Shown: positions 17,418 through 25,665 of the stretch, piece by piece
Layout of the letters: each line of letters starts with the position of its first letter
Position numbering within the stretch: position 1 is the first letter of the stretch
IMG/VR virus record: IMGVR_UViG_3300037601_000137
Span: 1-39,641 of that record
Origin: a virus
Lineage: Duplodnaviria; Caudoviricetes
Strand: one strand, 5' to 3'
DNA length: 39,641 nucleotides
Notes under the pieces: generated by a model
What the model was told of the DNA's origin: nothing
Database searches by the model: none
The model's input: the letters and a program-made list of their open reading frames with translations, nothing else
Position numbers and translations under genes: made by a program

Positions 17418-18719
17418 TTAGAGAGCGGCCATCGCGAACTTTTTGATTGCGGCATTGTTCAGGCCCTCGCCGTCGATCCGACGGAAGGCCATGAAGCCTT
17501 TTTGAAGGTTGCCCATGAAAAGCTCATTGAACGGCACAATGCCGACGTTGCCGACCTTGCGGACGATATATTTCGAGTGATCGCCGAGAAGGATCGGATG
17601 CGCGCCCGCTTCGACGTCGTCCATATCCGGATTGATCCGGTACGGCTTTCCGAGAAGCGTTCCCGGCTCGCCGCTGCGAAGGTTCGGCTCTTGCCACAGA
17701 TAATTCTGGTTGCCGTCCTTCAGCTTCCGGATGATCGAAAGCGTGGTATCATTGAATTGCCAAGCGAATTTCGGGGAAGCGCGATAAGCCGGATTGATCG
17801 AGTGGAAGAAGTCAATCAACTCGTCGCCAGTCAGGGCCGCAGCGGCGTTTGCCGTCTTGCCGACAGACGCGAAATTGACGATCCCGTTCGGCTTGTCCGT
17901 TCCGTCGCCGTTCGTCAGCACCGCGTTACAGGTGCGACCCAGGCTTTCGCCGAACAAGTCATTCATGAGCGGCTCCATTGACCAGTATGCATCTTGCAGA
18001 AGCTGAATGCTGATTTTGACGATACCCGAGTTATACAGGTATGCGTTTAGCGTCTTCTGGCCGAATGCCGGGTCCTTCGATCCGTCGTTCGTCACGGCAG
18101 CCTCTTCGGCGACCAGGTCGCCACGAACAGCCGTATAATCGAGCGTCGGCGCCGTGATCGTGTTGCCGGTTTCGGTCGTCAGCCCGCGAACGAGCCCGTC
18201 GTCCATCATCGGGCCGAACAGCGCCATTGCCTTGTCAATCTCCGGCAGCATGTCTTGCGGGATCAGATAGCCGCCTTCCGCACCCGGCGACGTCGCCAGG
18301 GCGCGAATTTCCGGATCGGAAGAAGCGCTGCGCTGGACCGCCGAAAATACATCGCGTTCCTGTTCCGACATGCCACCAAGTCCGCGCTGAAGGAACGCGC
18401 GGAATGCGTCGCGCTGCGATGGGGCTTCCGCGTCGCCGGTCGACGGATTGGCGTTTGGTACGCCCGGATGCGGACGACGCGAACGAGTTTCAGCCTCACC
18501 GGCGCTTGCCTCCCGCTCTTCGGCAGCCACCAACATTTCCAGGCGCTCGATTTCTTTCTCGCGCTTCTGATAGTCCGCCATAGCGGCATCATATGACGCT
18601 TCAAGTTCGGCGGCGCGGCCCTCCGGCGTCTCGTCGGTAATCTCGTCGAGATAGCTGCGAGCGGCAGCCAAAACCGCCGAGTTCTTGTCGCGAAGTTCCT
18701 TAATACGCTGTTTCGACAT
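17418..18719 (-). CDS. Major capsid protein, HK97 fold with delta domain
   Basis: GGYLIP, S.QLLQD, G.GT.KP.G, KLKDGN..YLW, LLG.P motifs. Confidence 0.95.
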   Translation of the reverse strand: MSKQRIKELRDKNSAVLAAARSYLDEITDETPEGRAAELEASYDAAMADYQKREKEIERLEMLVAAEEREASAGEAETRSRRPHPGVPNANPSTGDAEAPSQRDAFRAFLQRGLGGMSEQERDVFSAVQRSASSDPEIRALATSPGAEGGYLIPQDMLPEIDKAMALFGPMMDDGLVRGLTTETGNTITAPTLDYTAVRGDLVAEEAAVTNDGSKDPAFGQKTLNAYLYNSGIVKISIQLLQDAYWSMEPLMNDLFGESLGRTCNAVLTNGDGTDKPNGIVNFASVGKTANAAAALTGDELIDFFHSINPAYRASPKFAWQFNDTTLSIIRKLKDGNQNYLWQEPNLRSGEPGTLLGKPYRINPDMDDVEAGAHPILLGDHSKYIVRKVGNVGIVPFNELFMGNLQKGFMAFRRIDGEGLNNAAIKKFAMAAL

Positions 18720-18734
18720 TCTTGGTTTCCCCTG

Positions 18735-19334
18735 TTAGCTGTCGAGCCCGCAAAGGCCGAGTTTCATTCTCATGCGGGCTTTCCGCACACTCGCCGGAAC
18801 TCCATTCGTTTTCCGGAAGTTCTGTAGGCTACGAAGGCCGATTTCGGTCCCCTCATAAGCTGGCATCGTCACGATACTGACGTCGAACAGGCGCGCTTCA
18901 GTGATCGTGCGAAGCGGCAACTCGCCGCCGTCGCGATCCGCGTCGCGCCATTCCTCGACGTCCGGCCAAAAGGCGATAGACATTTTGTCCAGGTCGCCCC
19001 GGTTCATCTTCGGAATGATCCGCTGTACGTCCGGGTCGGTTTCGTCCAGTTCGGCGCTGATCTTCAGGCCGCGTTTGTCTTCCTTTAGCGACAGCGTTCC
19101 GGCGCGTGTCCGGGCCAGCGGCAAGCCTTCGTGATTGATCAGAAAGACGACGTCGTCTTCGCCAATGGCGCGCTTGAATGCGCCGGGCGCGAACTTTTCG
19201 CGGAAGTATCCGCCGATCACGGTTTCTTCGTTGAAGACGGCGGCGTAGCCCTCGACCTTCGGCGCCTTGCCGTCATCGCCCGCGCGCACTTCGAGCGGAA
19301 CCGTGAACGCGCGAACTTCCTTCTCGACCGTCAT
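18735..19334 (-). CDS. HK97-family prohead protease
   Basis: GYAAVFN, FLINH, LART, MS..F, DVS.VT.PAY..T motifs. Confidence 0.95.
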   Translation of the reverse strand: MTVEKEVRAFTVPLEVRAGDDGKAPKVEGYAAVFNEETVIGGYFREKFAPGAFKRAIGEDDVVFLINHEGLPLARTRAGTLSLKEDKRGLKISAELDETDPDVQRIIPKMNRGDLDKMSIAFWPDVEEWRDADRDGGELPLRTITEARLFDVSIVTMPAYEGTEIGLRSLQNFRKTNGVPASVRKARMRMKLGLCGLDS

Positions 19335-19675
19335 ACTTTCCACCATTCCGGCGACGCCGGGTTAATCCTCGTCAGGTCGGCGCCGGGCGCGGTGATCGCC
19401 TTCGACAGCGATTCAGCCGCAAGCCTGTGGCGCGCGATACACCGCATCAAACACTTGACGGATGACGCATCGTTTCCCGCGATCCGGCGTTCGTCGGTCG
19501 TCAAATCCGGCGACCGCTCGACCAGGGCGGCGGCGATGATTTCGAGTTGTCGCTCGATAGGAAATTCGGTCCGGATGCGGGCGCGTCGTTCGGCCTCGAC
19601 CTGGCGAAGCAGGGCGTTCACGCGCAGTTGCCGGTGATCAGGCTCGAACGCCGCGAAACGATCTTCGTCGGTCAT
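19331..19675 (-). CDS. Hypothetical protein between portal and protease (114 aa)
   Basis: ATGA overlaps at both ends; start re-called at MTDEDRF. Confidence 0.7.
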   Translation of the reverse strand: MTDEDRFAAFEPDHRQLRVNALLRQVEAERRARIRTEFPIERQLEIIAAALVERSPDLTTDERRIAGNDASSVKCLMRCIARHRLAAESLSKAITAPGADLTRINPASPEWWKV

Positions 19676-20946
19676 TCTTCCGGCGCTCCGCCGTCGCCCT
19701 TGTCGACAGCCGGCTGTGATCCCGCCGCCGCGTCTTTCTGTGTCTTCGTCGGCATCAGCGCGCCCTGAATATACAGTTCGTCGCCGCCGGTCAGCGCTTC
19801 GCGATCTTCCAGCGCCCGCGCCTCGTTCGGCGTAAGCTGGCCGGTCGTGATAGCCTTCGCGTTGCCTTCCATCCGCGTTTTGTAGTCGCCGCGAAGCAGA
19901 CCATCGACACTGAACTTGATATACCTGTTCCGACGACCGCGACCGATCAATTTCAGATTCAGTTCCTGTTCGATCTGACGCAGCCACCGCGAAAGCGTGT
20001 GTTTCACGAAATGCAGGTCTTGCTGTTCAGTGTTCGATTGCGTCCCGTGCGTCAGGTCTTGCAGGAATGTCGGCGGCAGGGAATAGACGCGGGCGATTTG
20101 CTCGACGCACCATCGCTGCAACTCGACTAGCTGCATTTCCGACGGATTGAAGCCGAGTTGCTTCGCCTCGAACCCATGCGGCAGGGCGATAGCCTGGCGG
20201 CCTTGCTTGTACGCCTTCGCCATCGCCTTATGAAGATCGTTCGAGCCGCGCTCGGCGCTTTCCATGCTGGCGAATGCGCCCTGTAGAACGAGCGGCGGAA
20301 TGCCGCCATTCTGGAACACCTTCGCGCCGTACTTCGTCGCGGCAATCGCCAGGCCGAGCGCTTCCTTGTTCGCGATGATCGGCGAAATGTGCGTAAGCTG
20401 ATCTTCCCGCAACATGAACGGAATGTCGATAATGTCGGCGGCGTCGTAGGTGATTTTCCGGTTCGTGCCCGGAACCGTGTATTCGTAAGTCTTGCGAAGG
20501 TTCGCGTCGATCTTCACCACGACGCCCGACGGCGTCAGCGGAAAGAAATTCACCGGATAGCCGGTCGGGCTTCGCTCGATGTAGGTATATGAGCGACCGC
20601 CGAGCAAGACGCGCGTCATCAGATAATTCCGCCACTCGAACGACGTCATTCCGTCGTTTGCCGCGTGGCTCAACAGGTCAGACAGCCCGCCGCCGACTTT
20701 CGTCGCGCCGCCGTTTTTCTTCTGATAGACGTGCAGGGGAAGCGATGCGATTTCGCCAGCGAGGAAGGCGACGGCGGCAAGCTGCGCCGGAACCGTGAGC
20801 GCGGTTCGCTCATTGATAATTTCCCCGGACGCCGACCCGCCAAACGATCCGAGAACGCGCGACAGCCACCCGTCGCCCGCTGATACTGCCTGCACGTCTC
20901 CCGACGAACGAACTTCCGGTCTGAATATGCGGTCTAGAATGCTCAT
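19672..20946 (-). CDS. Portal protein (HK97 family)
   Basis: IASLPL..Y, F.NGG.P, IARVY..PP, N.EQQ.L.F, TPNEAR..E motifs. Confidence 0.95.
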   Translation of the reverse strand: MSILDRIFRPEVRSSGDVQAVSAGDGWLSRVLGSFGGSASGEIINERTALTVPAQLAAVAFLAGEIASLPLHVYQKKNGGATKVGGGLSDLLSHAANDGMTSFEWRNYLMTRVLLGGRSYTYIERSPTGYPVNFFPLTPSGVVVKIDANLRKTYEYTVPGTNRKITYDAADIIDIPFMLREDQLTHISPIIANKEALGLAIAATKYGAKVFQNGGIPPLVLQGAFASMESAERGSNDLHKAMAKAYKQGRQAIALPHGFEAKQLGFNPSEMQLVELQRWCVEQIARVYSLPPTFLQDLTHGTQSNTEQQDLHFVKHTLSRWLRQIEQELNLKLIGRGRRNRYIKFSVDGLLRGDYKTRMEGNAKAITTGQLTPNEARALEDREALTGGDELYIQGALMPTKTQKDAAAGSQPAVDKGDGGAPEE

Positions 20947-22817
20947 CAATCCACCAGGCTAAAGTTTTCGTCTTCCCACGGGTCGACCGGCTTCGATCCG
21001 GTGACCCCTGCCTTCGCAGCGCCGACAGCCATCGCGAGCGCGACAATGCCGTCGATGCGGGCGGTCGCCTTCGCCTTGTCGAAGTGCCAGTCGCCCGTGC
21101 CTGCCGGGTTCTTCCTGATGACGGATGACGAGACGTTCCAGTTCAACACGCGATTGTATTGCACCCGTATGCGCCCCTCTAAGATCGCGTTTTCGAGTTC
21201 CTGGCAGCTTCCCGGCATCCACAATGGGTTTTCGACCGACTTCCCGGTCGCCGGGTCTTTCGTATTCGACCGGCGGAAGCCCTGCGGATGCTCAATCAAG
21301 GGCGGCTCATACCCGCGAAGCCGAAGCTCGCGCTCTAGCTCTTTGTGCCGATACCGGTCGTAGGCAATCGCCTGTAGATCATAGTCGGCCTGTAGCTTCC
21401 GGTAATGATCGGCTATCGGTTCAAGCTGAATGACCCGACCGTCGGTCAAGTGCAGGTCGCCGACTTCGTGCCAAACGTCGTAGCGAACTTTATCTTTGTC
21501 GACGGCCTCCTGAAGCCCGACGCGCGGCTTCCAGAAGTCGACAAATGCGTCGTAGTGAACTTTCCCGTCGTCCGCGATCCAGGGGCAGACAGTGGCGTTC
21601 GCTGTCAGGTCGGTCGTGAATGACAGGTCAGACGCGGAGAACGCCCGCCGCCCCTTCAGTTCCTCGCGAAGATCCTCGCGCGTCAGAACCTTTTCCCAAG
21701 TCTCGCGCGTGATCCAGGCGCTATCTGCGTCGGTCCAGCGACAGAAGTTCAGGCGCAAGACGCTGTTTTGTTTTGACGGCATCGCGCGCGCCAGGTTCAC
21801 CTGTTTGCGCAGATAGGCGGGCTTGATCGTCTTTCCGAGCGACGGGTTCGCCTTCGGCCAGCATTCTTCGTCGACGAACGGATCGTCTTTCGCGTCCAAC
21901 ATGGAAATGTAAGTGAACAGCCGGTCGGCGGCCTCTTGATCGGCCTCGTCATATGCGCCGGTCGCGACCGAATATGCGTAATCGTGCATATCGCCGCACG
22001 GCGTCGCCTTGTTCGATCCGCTGTTCGTGATGATGAACAGAAGCGGGCTGTCGCGACCCTTGAAGCCGGCTTCGAGCATGTCGACCGCGTCGCTCGTCTT
22101 GTGTTCGTGATATTCGTCAATGAGCGCACAATTCGGGCGCGGTCCCGACACCGCTTCATCCTTCGAAAGCGGCTTGAAGATCGAAGACGAGCGAAGATGC
22201 GTCCACTGCCAAACAGGGTTGCGGCCCGACGGGACAAGCCGCTCGCGAAGATCGGGCGAACGCTCGATCATTCGGGTTGCGTCTTTGAACAGGATCATTG
22301 CCTGCGGCTTGATCGTCGCCGCCGCATACACTTCAGCCGACGCCACTTGATCGGCGACCATGCAATAAAGCCCGGTCCCGGCGGCGAGCGGAGACTTCCC
22401 CGACCCCTTGCCCGTCTCGATGTAGGCCGTCTGGAACCGGCGAACCGTCTTCTTCAGTTCCTTATCGTGATACAGCCACCCGAAAATCGAGCCGACGACG
22501 AATTGTTGCCAATCCAACAGTTCGAACGGAACCGCCTTGTTATCGACTTCGACCGTCAAGACGTCGCGGAAGAAGTCGATCGCGCGCTGCGCTGCGCCCG
22601 GATCGAACGTCAGGCCGCGCGCCTTCCCCGACTTCAGGTCGTCAATATGCCGCTTGCATTCGCCGCGCACGGCTGGCCCGGCGACGATCTTCCCGTCGAC
22701 GACCGCGCGCGCGTATGCCGTGACCGGATTGACCGGCGGCGGTTTCCGCGTCGAACGCTTCTTCGCCGGTGCCTTCCGTTTCGGCTTCGGCTTCGTATCA
22801 GGCGAAATACTTGTCAT
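20946..22817 (-). CDS. terL: Terminase large subunit
   Basis: Walker A GKGSGKS, Walker B LIDEYHEH, W.KANPSLG, DLS...D, RIDG.VA. Confidence 0.95.
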   Translation of the reverse strand: MTSISPDTKPKPKRKAPAKKRSTRKPPPVNPVTAYARAVVDGKIVAGPAVRGECKRHIDDLKSGKARGLTFDPGAAQRAIDFFRDVLTVEVDNKAVPFELLDWQQFVVGSIFGWLYHDKELKKTVRRFQTAYIETGKGSGKSPLAAGTGLYCMVADQVASAEVYAAATIKPQAMILFKDATRMIERSPDLRERLVPSGRNPVWQWTHLRSSSIFKPLSKDEAVSGPRPNCALIDEYHEHKTSDAVDMLEAGFKGRDSPLLFIITNSGSNKATPCGDMHDYAYSVATGAYDEADQEAADRLFTYISMLDAKDDPFVDEECWPKANPSLGKTIKPAYLRKQVNLARAMPSKQNSVLRLNFCRWTDADSAWITRETWEKVLTREDLREELKGRRAFSASDLSFTTDLTANATVCPWIADDGKVHYDAFVDFWKPRVGLQEAVDKDKVRYDVWHEVGDLHLTDGRVIQLEPIADHYRKLQADYDLQAIAYDRYRHKELERELRLRGYEPPLIEHPQGFRRSNTKDPATGKSVENPLWMPGSCQELENAILEGRIRVQYNRVLNWNVSSSVIRKNPAGTGDWHFDKAKATARIDGIVALAMAVGAAKAGVTGSKPVDPWEDENFSLVD

Positions 22818-23271
22818 TCGGGTTCTTGTCTTTGTCGCCTAGATCGACGCGGACCTTCGTCCGGGCGGATGGCGTAAGGCCGAACTCGCCGCAAATTTTC
22901 ATGATTTGCGCCATCGCGTCACGCCGGACGCCGACCGCCGGGTGAATGCGCGTCATCACACCGCCCGCCTTCGTCTCGACGTTCTGGTAATTCGAGCCAT
23001 TGTCGGCGAGCGCGTCGTCGGCCTCGCGATAGTCGGCGATGGCCTGGGCGAACATGGCGACCGCCGCTTCGTCCGGCTTCTTCGCCACGCCTTCCAGTTC
23101 GTTGACCGTGTCGACGGCATATTGCCAGTATTCGACGGCCTCGGCAGACAGCCAGAACGGCGCGTCGCCGAGTTCGCCGGTCGGTTCGGGTTCATTCTTG
23201 GGAAGCGCGCGTTTGCCAGGGTTCCCCTGCAAGACTTTTAGCTTCGTTGGTTTCGGTTTTCGTCCGGCCAC
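22798..23271 (-). CDS. terS: Terminase small subunit (P27 family)
   Basis: GRKPKPT.LK.L.GNPGKR...HPAV...EFGLTPSAR. Confidence 0.95.
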   Translation of the reverse strand: MAGRKPKPTKLKVLQGNPGKRALPKNEPEPTGELGDAPFWLSAEAVEYWQYAVDTVNELEGVAKKPDEAAVAMFAQAIADYREADDALADNGSNYQNVETKAGGVMTRIHPAVGVRRDAMAQIMKICGEFGLTPSARTKVRVDLGDKDKNPNDKYFA

Positions 23272-23274
23272 TGA

Positions 23275-23709
23275 TTATTCTCCTTTTTTGCCTCTATTTT
23301 GCGGTAATGCGTGCGAATGCCCCCCGCCGGTACCGGCGCAATCGGCGTGAGTTTCTGACCCCACCCTCCCGTCGTCGTCGAGACCGACGAGAACGCCGCC
23401 TGAAGGCGTCAGGAAGGGGTGAGACGGGTCGATAGGCCATCCGTCTTCGTCGACCCTCACGTCGAAGCCTGCCCGCTCTGCACGCTGCTTGTGGCGGTCA
23501 TGGCATGGCTTGCAGAGTGACTGCGTGTTGTCCGGGTCGAGGAAGCGGGGCATGTCGCCCCTGTGCGGCTCGATATGGTCGACCACGCTAGCGGGCGTGT
23601 CCTGGCCATGCTCGGCACAGAAACGGCATAGGGGCTCAATCAAGAGCCGCCACGACCGCAAGTCCTGCCATGCCTTCAGCTTGTAGAGGTGCGTCCACTG
23701 GCCCATCAC
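23275..23709 (-). CDS. HNH endonuclease (packaging-associated)
   Basis: PLC..C...VVDHI.PH.GD...F.D..N.QSLC..CH. Confidence 0.9.
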   Translation of the reverse strand: MMGQWTHLYKLKAWQDLRSWRLLIEPLCRFCAEHGQDTPASVVDHIEPHRGDMPRFLDPDNTQSLCKPCHDRHKQRAERAGFDVRVDEDGWPIDPSHPFLTPSGGVLVGLDDDGRVGSETHADCAGTGGGHSHALPQNRGKKGE

Positions 23710-24026
23710 TCAGCCCTCACGCGGTCGGGATAGCGCGCCATGAATTGGCGCATCTTCTCTTCAGTGCTGAAGCCATAGTTCGTCAGGCCGTTGACGATTG
23801 CGCCTGCCCGATACCAGTCGCCGCTATAGTCGTTCCATACGCACGACTCCGAGCCAAGCGCGACGTTTGCCCATTCGACGAAGTCGAACCATTCCCGACT
23901 GTTCACGCCGAAGTCTCGAACGTTGATCACCCACGGCGTTCCGGCCCATGCCTTCCGGACGAGTTCGGTCGTCTTCTTGTCGTGGTACTCGAACGACACG
24001 ATCTTTTCGTATAGCGGCGTACTCAC
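23706..24026 (-). CDS. Hypothetical protein
   Basis: Coupled to HNH; AAGGGG RBS. Confidence 0.7.
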   Translation of the reverse strand: MSTPLYEKIVSFEYHDKKTTELVRKAWAGTPWVINVRDFGVNSREWFDFVEWANVALGSESCVWNDYSGDWYRAGAIVNGLTNYGFSTEEKMRQFMARYPDRVRAE

Positions 24027-24029
24027 GGC

Positions 24030-24401
24030 TTACCCCTTCAGGCTGACTTCGATTGATTGGCGGGACCACCGGCGGACCTTTCCGCGACAGTGGACTGTGA
24101 CGAGTATCCGGCGGCGGGTCCGGCAGACATGGCTTCCGATCTGGATAGCTCGAATGTCGAAGCGTGAGCCCTGTTCACGGGATGCCAACAGGGCGCGAAG
24201 CTTTCGGTCGACATTGTCGTCGAGCCGGATATACGCCGCTTCCCGTTCGTCCAGGTCCGGCGCGTTCAGCACCTCGGCGGCGATCCGGTGAATTTCCCGG
24301 TCGCCTTGCAGCATGTCGGCGCATTCCAGACAGGCACGATGAAACGCGGCGTCGTACTTCAGCCGAAGCTCCTCGTTCGATTTCTGCTTCTTCTCAGCCA
24401 T
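24030..24401 (-). CDS. Hypothetical protein (MAEKKQKS...)
   Basis: Start re-called at the ATG overlapping the upstream stop. Confidence 0.65.
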   Translation of the reverse strand: MAEKKQKSNEELRLKYDAAFHRACLECADMLQGDREIHRIAAEVLNAPDLDEREAAYIRLDDNVDRKLRALLASREQGSRFDIRAIQIGSHVCRTRRRILVTVHCRGKVRRWSRQSIEVSLKG

Positions 24402-24813
24402 ACCGGCGATTTTCCCTCTCGCCGGATGACGCCTCGATTTCGTCTTCGATGGCCTGGCTGACACCGTCCGGCGCCCATATCCGCAGCCACACCCGAAGCC
24501 GGGGGCTGGACACACCGCACAGCCTTGCGGCTTCGCTTAGCGTCTTCCCCTGCCGAATGGCGTTGCGATAGGTGATCAGGCGTTCAAGCCGTGCCTCAGG
24601 GGGCAGCACGTTTCCCCGTCGGCCATCGTCGACCAGAACCCTATGCAGGTCGCTGGCGTACCGCGACGCCCATTTGAAGGCCGCCTGCTTACTGATCCCG
24701 AGTGCACGGGCGAAGTCGGAAAGGTTGCCGCCTTCACTAGCGACCGCCCATCCGATCCGACGTCGTTCGGCGTGCCATTCCGGCGAACCGATCTCGGCGC
24801 GAGATTTTGACAA
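24394..24813 (-). CDS. Tandem-HTH DNA-binding protein, possible late regulator
   Basis: NLSDFARALGISKQAAFKW and TLSEAARLCGVS...LRVW; TTG start with AGGGGG RBS. Confidence 0.7.
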   Translation of the reverse strand: MSKSRAEIGSPEWHAERRRIGWAVASEGGNLSDFARALGISKQAAFKWASRYASDLHRVLVDDGRRGNVLPPEARLERLITYRNAIRQGKTLSEAARLCGVSSPRLRVWLRIWAPDGVSQAIEDEIEASSGERENRRYG

Positions 24814-24847
24814 TGTGTGGCCCCCTGAAAAGGAAGCCCGGCCCGTG

Positions 24848-24864
24848 TGATACGAACCGTATTA
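24848..24864. promoter_or_regulatory. Operator-like palindrome (variant)
   Basis: tgatacg-aac-cgtatta against the consensus taatacg-N3-cgtatta; minus-strand TTGACG at 24880-24885. Confidence 0.6.
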
Positions 24865-24926
24865 ACCATTCGCCGAGTTCGTCAACTCCCCTCATGCGAG
24901 AACCGGCTCGCCAGGCGGGGGAATTA

Positions 24927-25166
24927 TCAACCGTATGATAAAATGGGGTATACACAAATAAATAGACCTATTTATCGAAAAGCGATATTAATAAGCCTTC
25001 CCCCTATACCCCTATCAAAACGTCATACAGTTGATAATATATATATATATTTCAATGTATTAGATATGGATCAACTGTATGATTCAACTGTATGATAAAT
25101 TCATACGGTTGAAGATTTTCGAGCGATCAACTGTATGATTATCATACACTAAAATCATACAGTTGA
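24927..25166. repeat. Iteron-like array TCAACYGTATGA in AT-rich DNA; putative replication origin
   Basis: Forward copies at 24927, 25071, 25084, 25127; inverted copies at 25023, 25101, 25155; partial copy at 25142; (AT)n run at ~25037-25050. Confidence 0.8.
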
Positions 25167-25193
25167 TCGGTGAATTCTAACAGAACCGTAATG

Positions 25194-25210
25194 TTTTACG
25201 GATCGTATCA
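25194..25210. promoter_or_regulatory. Operator-like palindrome (variant)
   Basis: ttttacg-gat-cgtatca. Confidence 0.45.
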
Positions 25211-25297
25211 GGCCCGCCGATTGCAGGGGATCGCCCCGGCTTGACGCGAAACCCGCGCCGGGCTTTTCAGTTCAGACAGTTATCGAAGGGGTATTGA

Positions 25298-25591
25298 ATG
25301 AAACCGACCGTCTATCGTTGGCAGCGTCCAGCGCTTCCCGACGCCCATATCGTCCACGGCATCGCTATCAGCGTTATGCTGGCCGTTGTAGGCTTCGGGA
25401 TGGCCGTAGGGGCGCCTGCGGCGGCGAGTGCAGGGGAAACCGACGCGGCGGCCTTTATGGCGTTCACAGGGGCGCCCCTGTGCGGCCTGGGCGTCTTCCT
25501 GGCGGGGATCTTCGTCGTGGTCAGGGAAGTGCGTCAGGCGGCGTTCGAGGCCGCTATACGGGCCGGTGAAGCCGAGCCGGTGACGAAGTGA
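25298..25591 (+). CDS. Small 2-TM membrane protein (moron-like)
   Basis: GAAGGGG RBS, two hydrophobic segments, TTGACG at 25241, opposite orientation to its neighbours. Confidence 0.6.
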   Translation: MKPTVYRWQRPALPDAHIVHGIAISVMLAVVGFGMAVGAPAAASAGETDAAAFMAFTGAPLCGLGVFLAGIFVVVREVRQAAFEAAIRAGEAEPVTK

Positions 25592-25665
25592 TCGGCGACG
25601 GCCCGGTCGTGACGGCGTGGCGTTCCCTTGTCCGCGCCATCACCGCACCCGCCGCCGATCCTGAT

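Noticed and set aside
24927-25166. Possible CRISPR or mini-array linked to the Cas4-like gene
   Set aside because: Repeats are only 12 bp, in mixed orientation and irregularly spaced; the Cas4-like gene sits in a standard phage recombination module with no cas1/cas2
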